NCBI GenBank assembly: GCA_029261055.1
Contig: JAJDCA010000051.1
Location: forward strand, 9,082 to 73,081
DNA: 64,000 nucleotides
Direction: 5' to 3'
Origin: Candidatus Omnitrophota bacterium
GTDB taxonomy: Bacteria; Omnitrophota; Gorgyraeia; Zapsychrales; Zapsychraceae
The position numbers were made by a program, and so were the translations under genes. The notes beneath the pieces were generated by a model that saw nothing but the letters and a program-made list of their open reading frames with translations, had not been told where the DNA came from and searched no databases. Below, piece by piece: positions 50,591 to 59,798 of this stretch. Numbering within the stretch: position 1 is the first letter of the stretch; the number at the start of each line of letters is the position of its first letter.

Positions 50591-50917
50591 CTAAGCGTGA
50601 ACTTTAATTTTTCGAGGAATAAGTTGATAGCCCATAGCATGCATAATGGCATTAATACTTTCGAATCTTGGGTTTCCTTTTACTGAAAGTGCTTTTTGTA
50701 AACCATTACGAGTTAAATCTGTCTTTTTTGCAATAAGGCTTATGCCTTTTGCACGAATAACTCTACGTAGTGAAGAAAGCAATGCCCCTATATCACCATC
50801 TTTGGCGTACTCATCAAAAATGATAGTAATATATTCATCAATTTCTTCAGGGTGCTTGACGAAATATTCTTCTTCAATTTCTCCGAAAGTTCTGTATTGT
50901 CTTTTTTTCTTAATCAT
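50591..50917 (-). CDS. addiction module antidote protein (HTH, HI1420-like)
   Basis: IAKKTDLTRNGLQKALSVKGNPRFESI; start set at ATG 50917, overlapping the toxin stop. Confidence 0.85.
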   Translation of the reverse strand: MIKKKRQYRTFGEIEEEYFVKHPEEIDEYITIIFDEYAKDGDIGALLSSLRRVIRAKGISLIAKKTDLTRNGLQKALSVKGNPRFESINAIMHAMGYQLIPRKIKVHA

Positions 50918-51248
50918 TTTCTTTACAATCCTTCCAATATAATTTTGCTTTTTTAATATCACTCTTTTGGCTACCCTTATCTCCTCCGCATAATAAAATT
51001 ACGACATTTTCCGAATCTTCACCATAATAAACTCTATAACCAGGACCAAAAAATATCCTCAACTCACTTACGCCATTCCCAACAGTGGAATGGTCACCAA
51101 AATTCCCCTGCTCTACCCGTGCGATGCGAGCCAATATTCTCTTTCGCCCTACAGCATTCCGTAATCTGTTTACCCAAGTTGTAAAAGGCTCATATCCTTT
51201 TTCATCAGCATAAATAACTACATTTTTACATCTCAAATTCTTTACCAC
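50910..51248 (-). CDS. RelE/ParE-family addiction module killer protein (HI1419-like)
   Basis: GNFGDHSTVGNGVSELRIFFGPGYRVYY..LLCGGDKGSQKSDI. Confidence 0.9.
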   Translation of the reverse strand: MVKNLRCKNVVIYADEKGYEPFTTWVNRLRNAVGRKRILARIARVEQGNFGDHSTVGNGVSELRIFFGPGYRVYYGEDSENVVILLCGGDKGSQKSDIKKAKLYWKDCKEND

Positions 51249-51268
51249 ACTACGACCCTTCTATTTAA

Positions 51269-51298
51269 ATAATACCATACGCATACTCTAGTATGCAA
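51269..51298 (-). promoter_or_regulatory. TA promoter with palindromic operator GCATACT-CT-AGTATGC
   Basis: The inverted repeat at 51281-51296 overlaps the TTGCAT -35; TGG-TATTAT extended -10. Confidence 0.55.
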
Positions 51299-51380
51299 TA
51301 TTTTATTTACACGATAAACTCTTTACTAATGAGGATAATATTTGGGGAATTTAGGGAATGGGGAAAATTTTGTAATGCAC

Positions 51381-54300
51381 CTAATTCAAACGCGACACAT
51401 TATACTCTTCATTTTCTTCATTACGAGGTACAAGGCCTAAGAGGGGTAAAATACTATTAATCGGCGTAAAATCCATAAACACCGGTGAAAACACAACACC
51501 ATCCTCGAGCAAGGGCTCCAACTGCGCAGGGTCAAATTGAATGTCCACCCCGCTACCCCCTCGATTGAGGTCGATTTCGTTCATGTCGATACCACCGACC
51601 ATTGAATCATCGACATCATCTTTATCTTCTTTGAAAATATGATTACTTAGCCAACTTTCCCTACCCTTCAAAACAGCATCAGCAAATTCCCGAGAAAATT
51701 CTGCAGGTTTTTTTGACTGGGTAATCGCGGCATTTACCAAAACAGCATTAAACCCCATTTCCATAGCTTCTTGCGCATGTTCAGGGGAACTTATGCCTGC
51801 CTCAGCAATTAATTGAATATCAGGTCGAATCCCTCTAGACCAAATCATAATATTTTTTATTAATTTTTTACCCTCTTCTGTTCCCAATCCACCACCTGAG
51901 CCTGGTTGTGTGCCTTCGATACGCAACCCAACGACTTGTTTTAATTCTAGTATTTCGTTTAACATTTTTTTAGACATTGTTTTTCCAATTAAGGGGAAAA
52001 TCTTAATATCCTTATTAAGATTAACCAACACTTTAACAGCATCAATGATGTCATTATTTTTTGTCATTAGATTGTCATCTCTAATTTCAAGTTTAAGGTA
52101 AGGCGTTTGTACTAATTGGACTCCTAGCGCTGCCATTATTATAGCTTCCTCTTGGTTTTGAACTCTACTAGTGTTAACCATCGTGATAAATTCTTTTGTT
52201 TCACCTAACCGCAACAATTCTTTATGCGTTGATTCTATATAAGGAACCCGCACATCTTCTGGCAATGTATTTAAACTCCCTGATTTACCTAACTTAGAAA
52301 ACCCTGCATTACTTTTAAATTTAGTATCTTGTAATATTTTTTTTGCCTCTTTAAAAGATGTTGTTTTTTTTAATTCTCTGACATCTCCTGGAAGAAAAAT
52401 AAATACTTGGGACCCAGATTCTAAAACAATATCGCGCGAAACGTTTGGAGAAAGTGTAGCAATACAAGTAGCATCAGAACAATTGTCATTACGCATATGC
52501 GTTATTGCCGTTGGAGAAATTAAAGGAAATAACTCCACCCCATTAATAACAAACCGAGTATAATTTTGAACTTCGACTACCTCTACATCAATAGTTTCCG
52601 CTGATTCAAGCTCAATTTCTCTCATGAGCCACTCTCTAATTTGGCCTTTATAATACTTAACTCCGTTATAATCACTAAAATTCCTCAAACCTCCCCAAAA
52701 ACCTCCAAACTTTAACCCGATAAATGTTTCACTTACAGATGCTTCTAACTTTACTACTTTAGAGAAAGCCTTAGCTATTTCTGTTGCAACATTTAGATAA
52801 TGCTTAAGAAGCTCTTTTTTCTTTTCCTTACTTACTCCCCCAAAAGGCAACATTTTCAAGGATATTGCCACGCCACCGTATAAATGAGATGTCCTATCTA
52901 ATTCATATACCATGTCTCGCATTATCGTTTCACGCAAAGACATCTCAGGCGCATTTTCCTCTTCCTTCTTTCTGACCATCGCCTTATCAAAATACTTTCC
53001 TAAATCATCCCAATCTATTTCTTCAGTATTGTTTATAATTAAATCTTTTCCTAATTGCGGAATCTCAGAATTTAATTTTTCATATGTTTTTGAAGAAAAT
53101 GTTGATCCTTCAACCATGAGGACCACTTTTCTATTTTGCTCAGCACGTTTACGCAGTCTTTCTTGCCTTGTCTCCTCATTGACATGAAATAATACTTCCA
53201 CGTCTGGTTCAATATTATTATTTAAATAAGCCGATGTCTCTACGCCTACGAAAAAAGCAATCTTTCTATCCCACATTTCTGTCTTCACAATTTTATTAAA
53301 AGGAGCATCCCGATCATTCAAAAATATTTCGTAACCCTCTCCAGCAACCGAGTTATCAGTAAGAGAATAGATAATATCTTTTTTAAAAAATCTTTTTAAC
53401 AATATATCTTCTACAAATGTCTTAATAAAAGTTTTCTTACCTGTACCGCTTAAACCTGCAATTCTAATAAATAACGCTCTTTTTTCATTATGCGAAGCTA
53501 ATTTTTTATCAATTATGTCCAAAAGCTCTTTGCTTCCCTCAAATACATTTTTGGATTTAACATACCCTTTTTTAATCTTTTCTTCAAAAGTCATCGTCGA
53601 AGCATCCACCTCATCTTTCTTCGGTGTTACACTCATCGCAAAGTCAAAGGTAGCGCCTACAATTGAATTTTCAATTTGTGTTGGATTAAAAGCTGGGGTG
53701 AATCGCATGGCAGCATCTTTGAATCCCCCTGAGAAATACTTCCTCGGGATGACTTCCTGGCTTAATGTATCGTACTCTTCCTTAATATAATCAAACACCC
53801 CTGTCTTAAACGCTTGCATGTATCGATCATAAATTTGATTGTTAACCGTCTTGTCTTCAATCGCAACACCAGCGACTTTGTTTTGGTCAACGTAGACTTG
53901 GAAAAGGATACTTCCTTTGATGGTTTCTTTGTACCATTTGGCGAGGATCAGGGAATGGTACATCTGTCGTAGTGATGCGAAATTTTGGCCTTCGTTGACT
54001 TCGCGTTCGATTTCGGGAAGGATGATTTCGCGAATGATTTCGGTGGAATCCCCTCGCAACTGATCTTCACCGAAGGTTGCTCGGGGCTCGGCGTTGGAAT
54101 TATTATTGTTCAACGCCTCGTAATCTTCCTCCAACATCACTTTCAGCCGACTGTTAACGATGTACACCGTATTCTCATGCTCATACACCGTTGCACTCTC
54201 CGGCATGATCCAAACTTTGTTAAAGGTGTTCACTGGGATTTCTGTCACCCCATATTCTTTCTCGGCTCGTTCATAGACCCTCGCCCAAAATTTTTCCCCC

Positions 54301-54800
54301 AACTCTTCCTCCGGATACATCAAACTCGCTGTGAGTTGTTTCAACAAATAATCTTGCGCTAATAAATCACGCCCCAAGGCGGTCTTGCCTAATTCTTCGG
54401 GAATAATTCGGTCTGGCTCATATGGCGATAAATTCACCCACAAATCATCCTTCGGCGTGGTCATGGCGGCTAGAAAATATCGGACAAGCTTTTCTGATTC
54501 TTTTTCAATTTCTTCCTGAGATTTATCCGAATGCCCACTATCAACAATAAAATTAAATCGAAACGGTTCATTTGGATGGATGGTCATGCCTTTAAGAAGT
54601 ACCGGAACAAACGCAGGACTGGGCGGCACCATAGCTCCTGGAACAGGCAGATTCAACAAACTTATACCTGCCTGTCCGGCAGGCAGGCTCTGAGAAAAGC
54701 TTGGTGGCAGAATCGTACAAAACGCAAAATATACAGACAAAATGCAAGAAAATACCGAATAACCAAAGCTTTTACGCTTTTTTTGATAATACGTCCACAT
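51381..54800 (-). CDS. secreted modular protein (1139 aa): conserved N-domain, P-loop module, ThiG-like TIM barrel, GGIDMN tail
   Basis: N-domain shares PVL.KG..P.EPFRF.FIVD.G, DLWVNLSPYE.DRIIPE, GRDLLAQDYLLKQ, TFNKVWI, PRKYFSGG with 19265-28582. Confidence 0.85.
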   Translation of the reverse strand: MWTYYQKKRKSFGYSVFSCILSVYFAFCTILPPSFSQSLPAGQAGISLLNLPVPGAMVPPSPAFVPVLLKGMTIHPNEPFRFNFIVDSGHSDKSQEEIEKESEKLVRYFLAAMTTPKDDLWVNLSPYEPDRIIPEELGKTALGRDLLAQDYLLKQLTASLMYPEEELGEKFWARVYERAEKEYGVTEIPVNTFNKVWIMPESATVYEHENTVYIVNSRLKVMLEEDYEALNNNNSNAEPRATFGEDQLRGDSTEIIREIILPEIEREVNEGQNFASLRQMYHSLILAKWYKETIKGSILFQVYVDQNKVAGVAIEDKTVNNQIYDRYMQAFKTGVFDYIKEEYDTLSQEVIPRKYFSGGFKDAAMRFTPAFNPTQIENSIVGATFDFAMSVTPKKDEVDASTMTFEEKIKKGYVKSKNVFEGSKELLDIIDKKLASHNEKRALFIRIAGLSGTGKKTFIKTFVEDILLKRFFKKDIIYSLTDNSVAGEGYEIFLNDRDAPFNKIVKTEMWDRKIAFFVGVETSAYLNNNIEPDVEVLFHVNEETRQERLRKRAEQNRKVVLMVEGSTFSSKTYEKLNSEIPQLGKDLIINNTEEIDWDDLGKYFDKAMVRKKEEENAPEMSLRETIMRDMVYELDRTSHLYGGVAISLKMLPFGGVSKEKKKELLKHYLNVATEIAKAFSKVVKLEASVSETFIGLKFGGFWGGLRNFSDYNGVKYYKGQIREWLMREIELESAETIDVEVVEVQNYTRFVINGVELFPLISPTAITHMRNDNCSDATCIATLSPNVSRDIVLESGSQVFIFLPGDVRELKKTTSFKEAKKILQDTKFKSNAGFSKLGKSGSLNTLPEDVRVPYIESTHKELLRLGETKEFITMVNTSRVQNQEEAIIMAALGVQLVQTPYLKLEIRDDNLMTKNNDIIDAVKVLVNLNKDIKIFPLIGKTMSKKMLNEILELKQVVGLRIEGTQPGSGGGLGTEEGKKLIKNIMIWSRGIRPDIQLIAEAGISSPEHAQEAMEMGFNAVLVNAAITQSKKPAEFSREFADAVLKGRESWLSNHIFKEDKDDVDDSMVGGIDMNEIDLNRGGSGVDIQFDPAQLEPLLEDGVVFSPVFMDFTPINSILPLLGLVPRNEENEEYNVSRLN
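54050..54086. repeat. in-frame GC-rich hairpin element
   Basis: CCCCTCGCAAC..CTTCACCGAAG-GTTGCTCGGGG, at the same loop that holds the REP doublet in the paralog. Confidence 0.55.
54667..54687. repeat. in-frame 21-bp palindrome CCTGCCTG-TCCGG-CAGGCAGG (LPAGQAG)
   Basis: 8-bp perfect arms, just after the predicted signal-peptide cleavage site; absent in the paralog. Confidence 0.65.
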
Positions 54801-55001
54801 AATAATAATCTTTTTCTATTAATTAATAAGGAAAAGCGGTTTCTTTAATAACTATAATGGAAGTATAACATGCAGGAAATAATCGGCAAGAATGTGTAAA
54901 ATTTAAATATTCTATAACTTAATTCATTTCAAATATTTACAGCTTAACCAAAAAAAAATCTAAAATTTTTCTTAATACTGCGCAATGACACATCAAAATT
55001 A

Positions 55002-56138
55002 CTAACAAATATCCACAAGGCTTTTATCAACAATATCCGTTCCCGGCTTACCTAATAGATAGCCCTGACCAGCATCGATGCCGAGTTCTATCAATTTTTT
55101 CAACTCTTCCTCTTTTTCAATCCCTTCAGCAATAGTGATGATACCATTCATTTCACTAAAATATTTTATAGCCTTAACAATACTTTGCCGCAATTCACTC
55201 GTATGAATATCACGCACCAAATGCATATCAATTTTGACAAATTCAGGATGAGATTCTGCAATGGTATCTAAACTCGCATAACCGGAACCCACATCATCAA
55301 TAGCAATCTGAAGACCTAATTTTTTATATTCATTAAGATTTTCAAAGAATACAGAATAATTTCTAATGGCTGTTCGTTCTGTAATTTCCAAGACCATACT
55401 TTTAAATGGAATAAGCCCTTTAGCTACATAGGTCTCGTTAAATTGTCCATTTTCGATAATATATGGCGTACAGTTAAGAAATAATTTTCCACCTTTCTGA
55501 GATTCCCTCCATCGTGTAATCGCCTTTTGCCAGCACACCATTTCCAAATCATAATACATCCCAAAATTTAGGGCCACCTTAAATAAAAATTCAGGATTGT
55601 TTAATCGGCCATCTTTTGGCGGCCGACTAAGCCCTTCCACACCTATCATCTCAGATGACTTTAATGAAAAAATAGGTTGAAAAAAAGGAGTAATCTTTTC
55701 TTCCTGAATAATTGCCCTTAACTCAGATAATAGAGCTTCCTTATCTTGGGGTTCATACCTTTCAAACTGCCCTCGCCTCAATACCGTATCAATACGCGCC
55801 AGCAATTCTTCATGCTCAAAAGGTTTGGTAATATAATCATCCGCCCCCACATATAAACCTTCAATCTTATCGGCAGGCTGTATCATGGCTGTCAAAAAAA
55901 TAATGGGTATATTGTATAGCTGCCTGTCCTCTCTGATTTTTCGACAAATTTCAATACCTTCCATATCCGGTAAATTCCGATCAAGCAAAATCAAATCCGG
56001 ATTTTCTCTCACCTTCACAAGGGCATCTGCCCCGGTATGAACCATATCCACTTCATATTGCCCCGCCTCTAACAGCATCGCGGTTAACCGCGCTGATTCC
56101 ACTTCATCTTCGACAATCAAAATACGTTTTTGATGCAT
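55002..56138 (-). CDS. response regulator with EAL (c-di-GMP phosphodiesterase) domain
   Basis: REC domain (ILIVEDE, LLDRNLP, YITKPF); EGL, LEITE, DDVGSGY, VKID, AEGIE, QGY. Confidence 0.92.
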   Translation of the reverse strand: MHQKRILIVEDEVESARLTAMLLEAGQYEVDMVHTGADALVKVRENPDLILLDRNLPDMEGIEICRKIREDRQLYNIPIIFLTAMIQPADKIEGLYVGADDYITKPFEHEELLARIDTVLRRGQFERYEPQDKEALLSELRAIIQEEKITPFFQPIFSLKSSEMIGVEGLSRPPKDGRLNNPEFLFKVALNFGMYYDLEMVCWQKAITRWRESQKGGKLFLNCTPYIIENGQFNETYVAKGLIPFKSMVLEITERTAIRNYSVFFENLNEYKKLGLQIAIDDVGSGYASLDTIAESHPEFVKIDMHLVRDIHTSELRQSIVKAIKYFSEMNGIITIAEGIEKEEELKKLIELGIDAGQGYLLGKPGTDIVDKSLVDIC

Positions 56139-56153
56139 AACAAACTCCTTGTA

Positions 56154-59030
56154 TTATGTTCTTTCTGAAATTTTTGACCTATCTAATTCAGCTTTGGGAA
56201 GCTCAAAAGAAAAGGTTGTCCCTTTCCCCAATTCACTTTCAACCTGCACGCTGCCCCCATGCAGTTCAATCAGGAATTTCGTAATGTTCAATCCCAACCC
56301 TGTGCCCCTCACACCAGGACCGTGCGTCCGATTTAATTGTTGAAATTTCTGAAAAAGTTTTGATATATCTTCCTTGGCAATACCCGGACCTGTGTCTCGG
56401 ACAGAAAAAACAACACTTTCTTGATTCTCTTGTCCCAATATAAAAATATCTTTATGCTCTGGCGTAAACTTGACAGCATTACTTATAAAATTAGATAAAA
56501 TTTGTGAAAACCGAAGACGATCGACGTGCATCATAATTATTGGACTTGAATACTGCATGTGTAATTGAATATTTTTCGTATGTGCCTTCAAAGCCCATCC
56601 CTTACATAATTCTTCAATAACCTGAACAATATTCACTTTTTCGGTATTCAGCGTAAACTTTCCAGCCTCATGTTTAGCGACATCAAGAATATCATTGATC
56701 AACAATGTAAGCCTATTAATATTATTATTGGCCGTCGTCATAATTTCTTTTTGTTTATCATTCATAGGGCCTGCCACTTCCGTTGAAAGCACTGTCAACG
56801 CTTGCTTAGTAATGGATAGAGGCGTTCGTAATTCATGGGATACCGTTGATGTAATTTCATCCTTCACAGCCAAAGCCCTCTTTAAATCATCCTCCGCTTT
56901 TTTGCGTTGTGTAATATCCCTCAAATAAGTCGTAAACATAATTTCGTCTTCTAATGGAATACGTACCACGACTAATTCTGCAGGAAATTCATACCCTCCT
57001 GCCCGCATCGCCTTAATTTCAATACGCTTCCCAAGGATATCTCCTTTACCGGTAGCCATATACTTTGTTAACTCTTTCTGAAAAAGTTCCCGTGACGTCT
57101 CTGGAAGTATGGTATGCGCCATATCTTGGTCAATAATTTCATCACGGTTGTACCCAAACGTTTTTTCAGCGGCAGGATTAAATTCTACAATCTTTCCCCT
57201 GTGATCCATTGTAATAATACAATCTAAAGAAGCTTCAAACATCGCATGCTTACGGGCTTCGCTTTCGGAAATCGCATGTTCAAATTGCTTTTTTTCGGTA
57301 ATATCATCTTTAACAGCAAGAAAATGAGTGATATTATTCTTGGCATCCCGAATAGGTGAAATCGTAGCAGACTCCCAAAAAAGCTCACCATTTTTCTTTT
57401 TATTATGAAATTCCCCTCGCCAATTATTACCTGCCAGAATGGTATCCCACAAATTCTGATATTGCTCCTGAGACATTTCACCAGATTTCAAAACCCGGGG
57501 ATTTTTACCCACCACTTCTTCCTCACGATATCCTGTTACTTGTGTAAAACGAGGATTGATATATTCAATCTTTCCATCCCGATCTGTAATCTGGACAATA
57601 CTCGAACTCTGTTCAATGGCACGTGAAAATTTACGCAGCTGCTCTTCCATCTTTTTCCGTTCTGTAATATCCTTAGCGCTAAATAGTATTCCTTCCAATT
57701 TCCCTTTTTTATCTTTTAAAATAGTGATAGAAGAAAGAACCGGTATCAAGACCCCATCCTTTGTTTTCAAATCTGTTTCTAATTCACGCATAGACTCCAA
57801 CTGCATTAATTTTTGCAACCGTGGGCCTTTAAAAATCAACATCTCATCTGAAAGAATTTTATAAATCGGTTGTCCCAACAACTCGTTTTCGGTATATCCT
57901 AATAATTCCCATGTTGAAGGATTAACCGTAAGCATTTTTCCATCGGCATCTAAAACAATCAATGCATCAATCATATTCTTTATAATGTTATCAATGTAAT
58001 CTCTGGATTTAATCAATTCATCGCGAAAAATTTTTAAATCTTTTGTCATCTTATTAAAAGAACTTGATAGCTCTCCAATCTCATCTTTAGATTTCACCTC
58101 AACCAATCGCGTAAGATCTCCTTCCGCAATTTTCTGAGTCGCCTCAACTAAAGAATTAATCGGACGCGTAATCCCCCGGCCAAGTAAAACACCAATCATA
58201 ATCGCAAACAAAATCGTAATGATCGCGACAACCAAAATGGCCTTGCGCACTAAATCCTGAGCAGCTCTCGTAGGTAGCGTTGAAATACTGACCATAAGCA
58301 TGGCAACCTTTTCTTTATCGAGGTTTAACAAAGGGATAGATTTCGTCACGACACTCCCCTTTGAGACATCAAGATTTTCCCTAAATGAAATTTTCTGGGG
58401 AAGCGTTGTTACACTTGAAGTATTATGCAAAAAGAGACTAACATCTACCCCGCTTATTTCTTTCATATTCAAAAGAAAGGAGCGGTCGATTGATCTGCAG
58501 AGCACAAGATATCCTAACCGTGTGCCATCTCCCATATCAATAGGCTGCATGACTTCAATCATCAGACGATTTTCCAACACTTCTAATTCAGTTACAGCTT
58601 GATTTGATTGTAGTATTGTTTGAAAAAAAGACGTCCGGGAAAAATCATCGCCTACTTTATATGCGGTATGTTGTTCTGCTTTCACAATCCCTGTACTATC
58701 AAAAATCAAAAGTCCATCTACCTTATAAAGCTCTTCTTTTCTAACTAACAGCGCGTTAATATTTTCAAAATCACCTAAACTCAAATCCACCTGCAAATCC
58801 GAATCGGACGCAAGAATTTTCCCAAAAGAAAAAAGACTCTCTTGAGAATCTTTAATTAACCGTTGAACCAAAGCAATAGAATGATCTGCTTTGGCCACAA
58901 GCTCAGATTCTAATCGTTTACTCATAATTTGAATCGCCAAGGCCGTTACAATCATAATAGGCACAAGGACCATCAAAACAAGAGTAGCAATAAACCTTCC
59001 TTGTAAACTTAATTTAAAGTGTCTAAACAT
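56154..59030 (-). CDS. membrane sensor histidine kinase (periplasmic sensor, HAMP, 3 PAS)
   Basis: 2 TM segments, DEIGELSSSFN, three DIT-terminated PAS, SHELRTPL, SNAVKFT, DTGPGI, GTGLGL. Confidence 0.93.
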   Translation of the reverse strand: MFRHFKLSLQGRFIATLVLMVLVPIMIVTALAIQIMSKRLESELVAKADHSIALVQRLIKDSQESLFSFGKILASDSDLQVDLSLGDFENINALLVRKEELYKVDGLLIFDSTGIVKAEQHTAYKVGDDFSRTSFFQTILQSNQAVTELEVLENRLMIEVMQPIDMGDGTRLGYLVLCRSIDRSFLLNMKEISGVDVSLFLHNTSSVTTLPQKISFRENLDVSKGSVVTKSIPLLNLDKEKVAMLMVSISTLPTRAAQDLVRKAILVVAIITILFAIMIGVLLGRGITRPINSLVEATQKIAEGDLTRLVEVKSKDEIGELSSSFNKMTKDLKIFRDELIKSRDYIDNIIKNMIDALIVLDADGKMLTVNPSTWELLGYTENELLGQPIYKILSDEMLIFKGPRLQKLMQLESMRELETDLKTKDGVLIPVLSSITILKDKKGKLEGILFSAKDITERKKMEEQLRKFSRAIEQSSSIVQITDRDGKIEYINPRFTQVTGYREEEVVGKNPRVLKSGEMSQEQYQNLWDTILAGNNWRGEFHNKKKNGELFWESATISPIRDAKNNITHFLAVKDDITEKKQFEHAISESEARKHAMFEASLDCIITMDHRGKIVEFNPAAEKTFGYNRDEIIDQDMAHTILPETSRELFQKELTKYMATGKGDILGKRIEIKAMRAGGYEFPAELVVVRIPLEDEIMFTTYLRDITQRKKAEDDLKRALAVKDEITSTVSHELRTPLSITKQALTVLSTEVAGPMNDKQKEIMTTANNNINRLTLLINDILDVAKHEAGKFTLNTEKVNIVQVIEELCKGWALKAHTKNIQLHMQYSSPIIMMHVDRLRFSQILSNFISNAVKFTPEHKDIFILGQENQESVVFSVRDTGPGIAKEDISKLFQKFQQLNRTHGPGVRGTGLGLNITKFLIELHGGSVQVESELGKGTTFSFELPKAELDRSKISERT

Positions 59031-59039
59031 TTTTTATTT

Positions 59040-59185
59040 TAGAAGTTATCCCAAAATCTCTATTTCTGATAGCGGGTGACGCGGCCAATTCAGCGAGCGG
59101 GAGGATCCACACTGGGCGGAGGGGCCCGCGAGCGATTGGACGCGACAGGACCCGCGACACCATAGAGGTTTTGGGATAACTTCTA
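59040..59185. mobile_element. 146-bp MITE-like element with 24-bp terminal inverted repeats
   Basis: TAGAAGTTATCCCAAAATCTCTAT ... ATAGAGGTTTTGGGATAACTTCTA (23/24 match); GC-rich interior; TA at both ends. Confidence 0.7.
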
Positions 59186-59761
59186 GTACTCTTCAAAAAA
59201 TATTGCCCTTAACACTACTTTTATGGCATCACGCGAGGTTTGAAATTCCTCAGAATTGACCCCTACCATATTATTAACTGCCCGAAAAAACATCTTTAAT
59301 TTTTTGGATACCTCAAAATCGATGGCCCGGACATACGGATCTAAGACGAGGTACTCGACATAGGCCTTTTTGATTTTCGGCACCATTTGTTGTCTATTCG
59401 ACACAGCGTCAAGACAAACACTTAAATGACTTTCAATGGAATAAACTATAAATTGCTGAATGATTCTTACAACATAAGTTTTATTGCCTTCAATAATCCC
59501 CTTATTTAAATCTGCATTAATATCTACACCATATATCTGATTAATCTCTGATGTTAGTGGAGACAATAATTGCATAGCATTGGTAATTTTTTCATATTTA
59601 TTTTTTTCAACGGCCATTAACATCCGTTCAAAAACCTTGGACACATCCACCTTCACAGCATCATGAATATCTGCACTACACGTCTTTAGCGGACATACAA
59701 ATCCCATAAACACAAAACATAAAACCGCGGCTTTAATGATAATCTGTCTGTATTTTTTCAA
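59183..59761 (-). CDS. hypothetical secreted helical protein
   Basis: Signal-peptide-like N-terminus, 192 aa, co-oriented within an operon. Confidence 0.7.
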   Translation of the reverse strand: MKKYRQIIIKAAVLCFVFMGFVCPLKTCSADIHDAVKVDVSKVFERMLMAVEKNKYEKITNAMQLLSPLTSEINQIYGVDINADLNKGIIEGNKTYVVRIIQQFIVYSIESHLSVCLDAVSNRQQMVPKIKKAYVEYLVLDPYVRAIDFEVSKKLKMFFRAVNNMVGVNSEEFQTSRDAIKVVLRAIFFEEY

Positions 59762-59798
59762 ATGACCAACCTAATGAACTTTTTGGACAATCTCTTAA

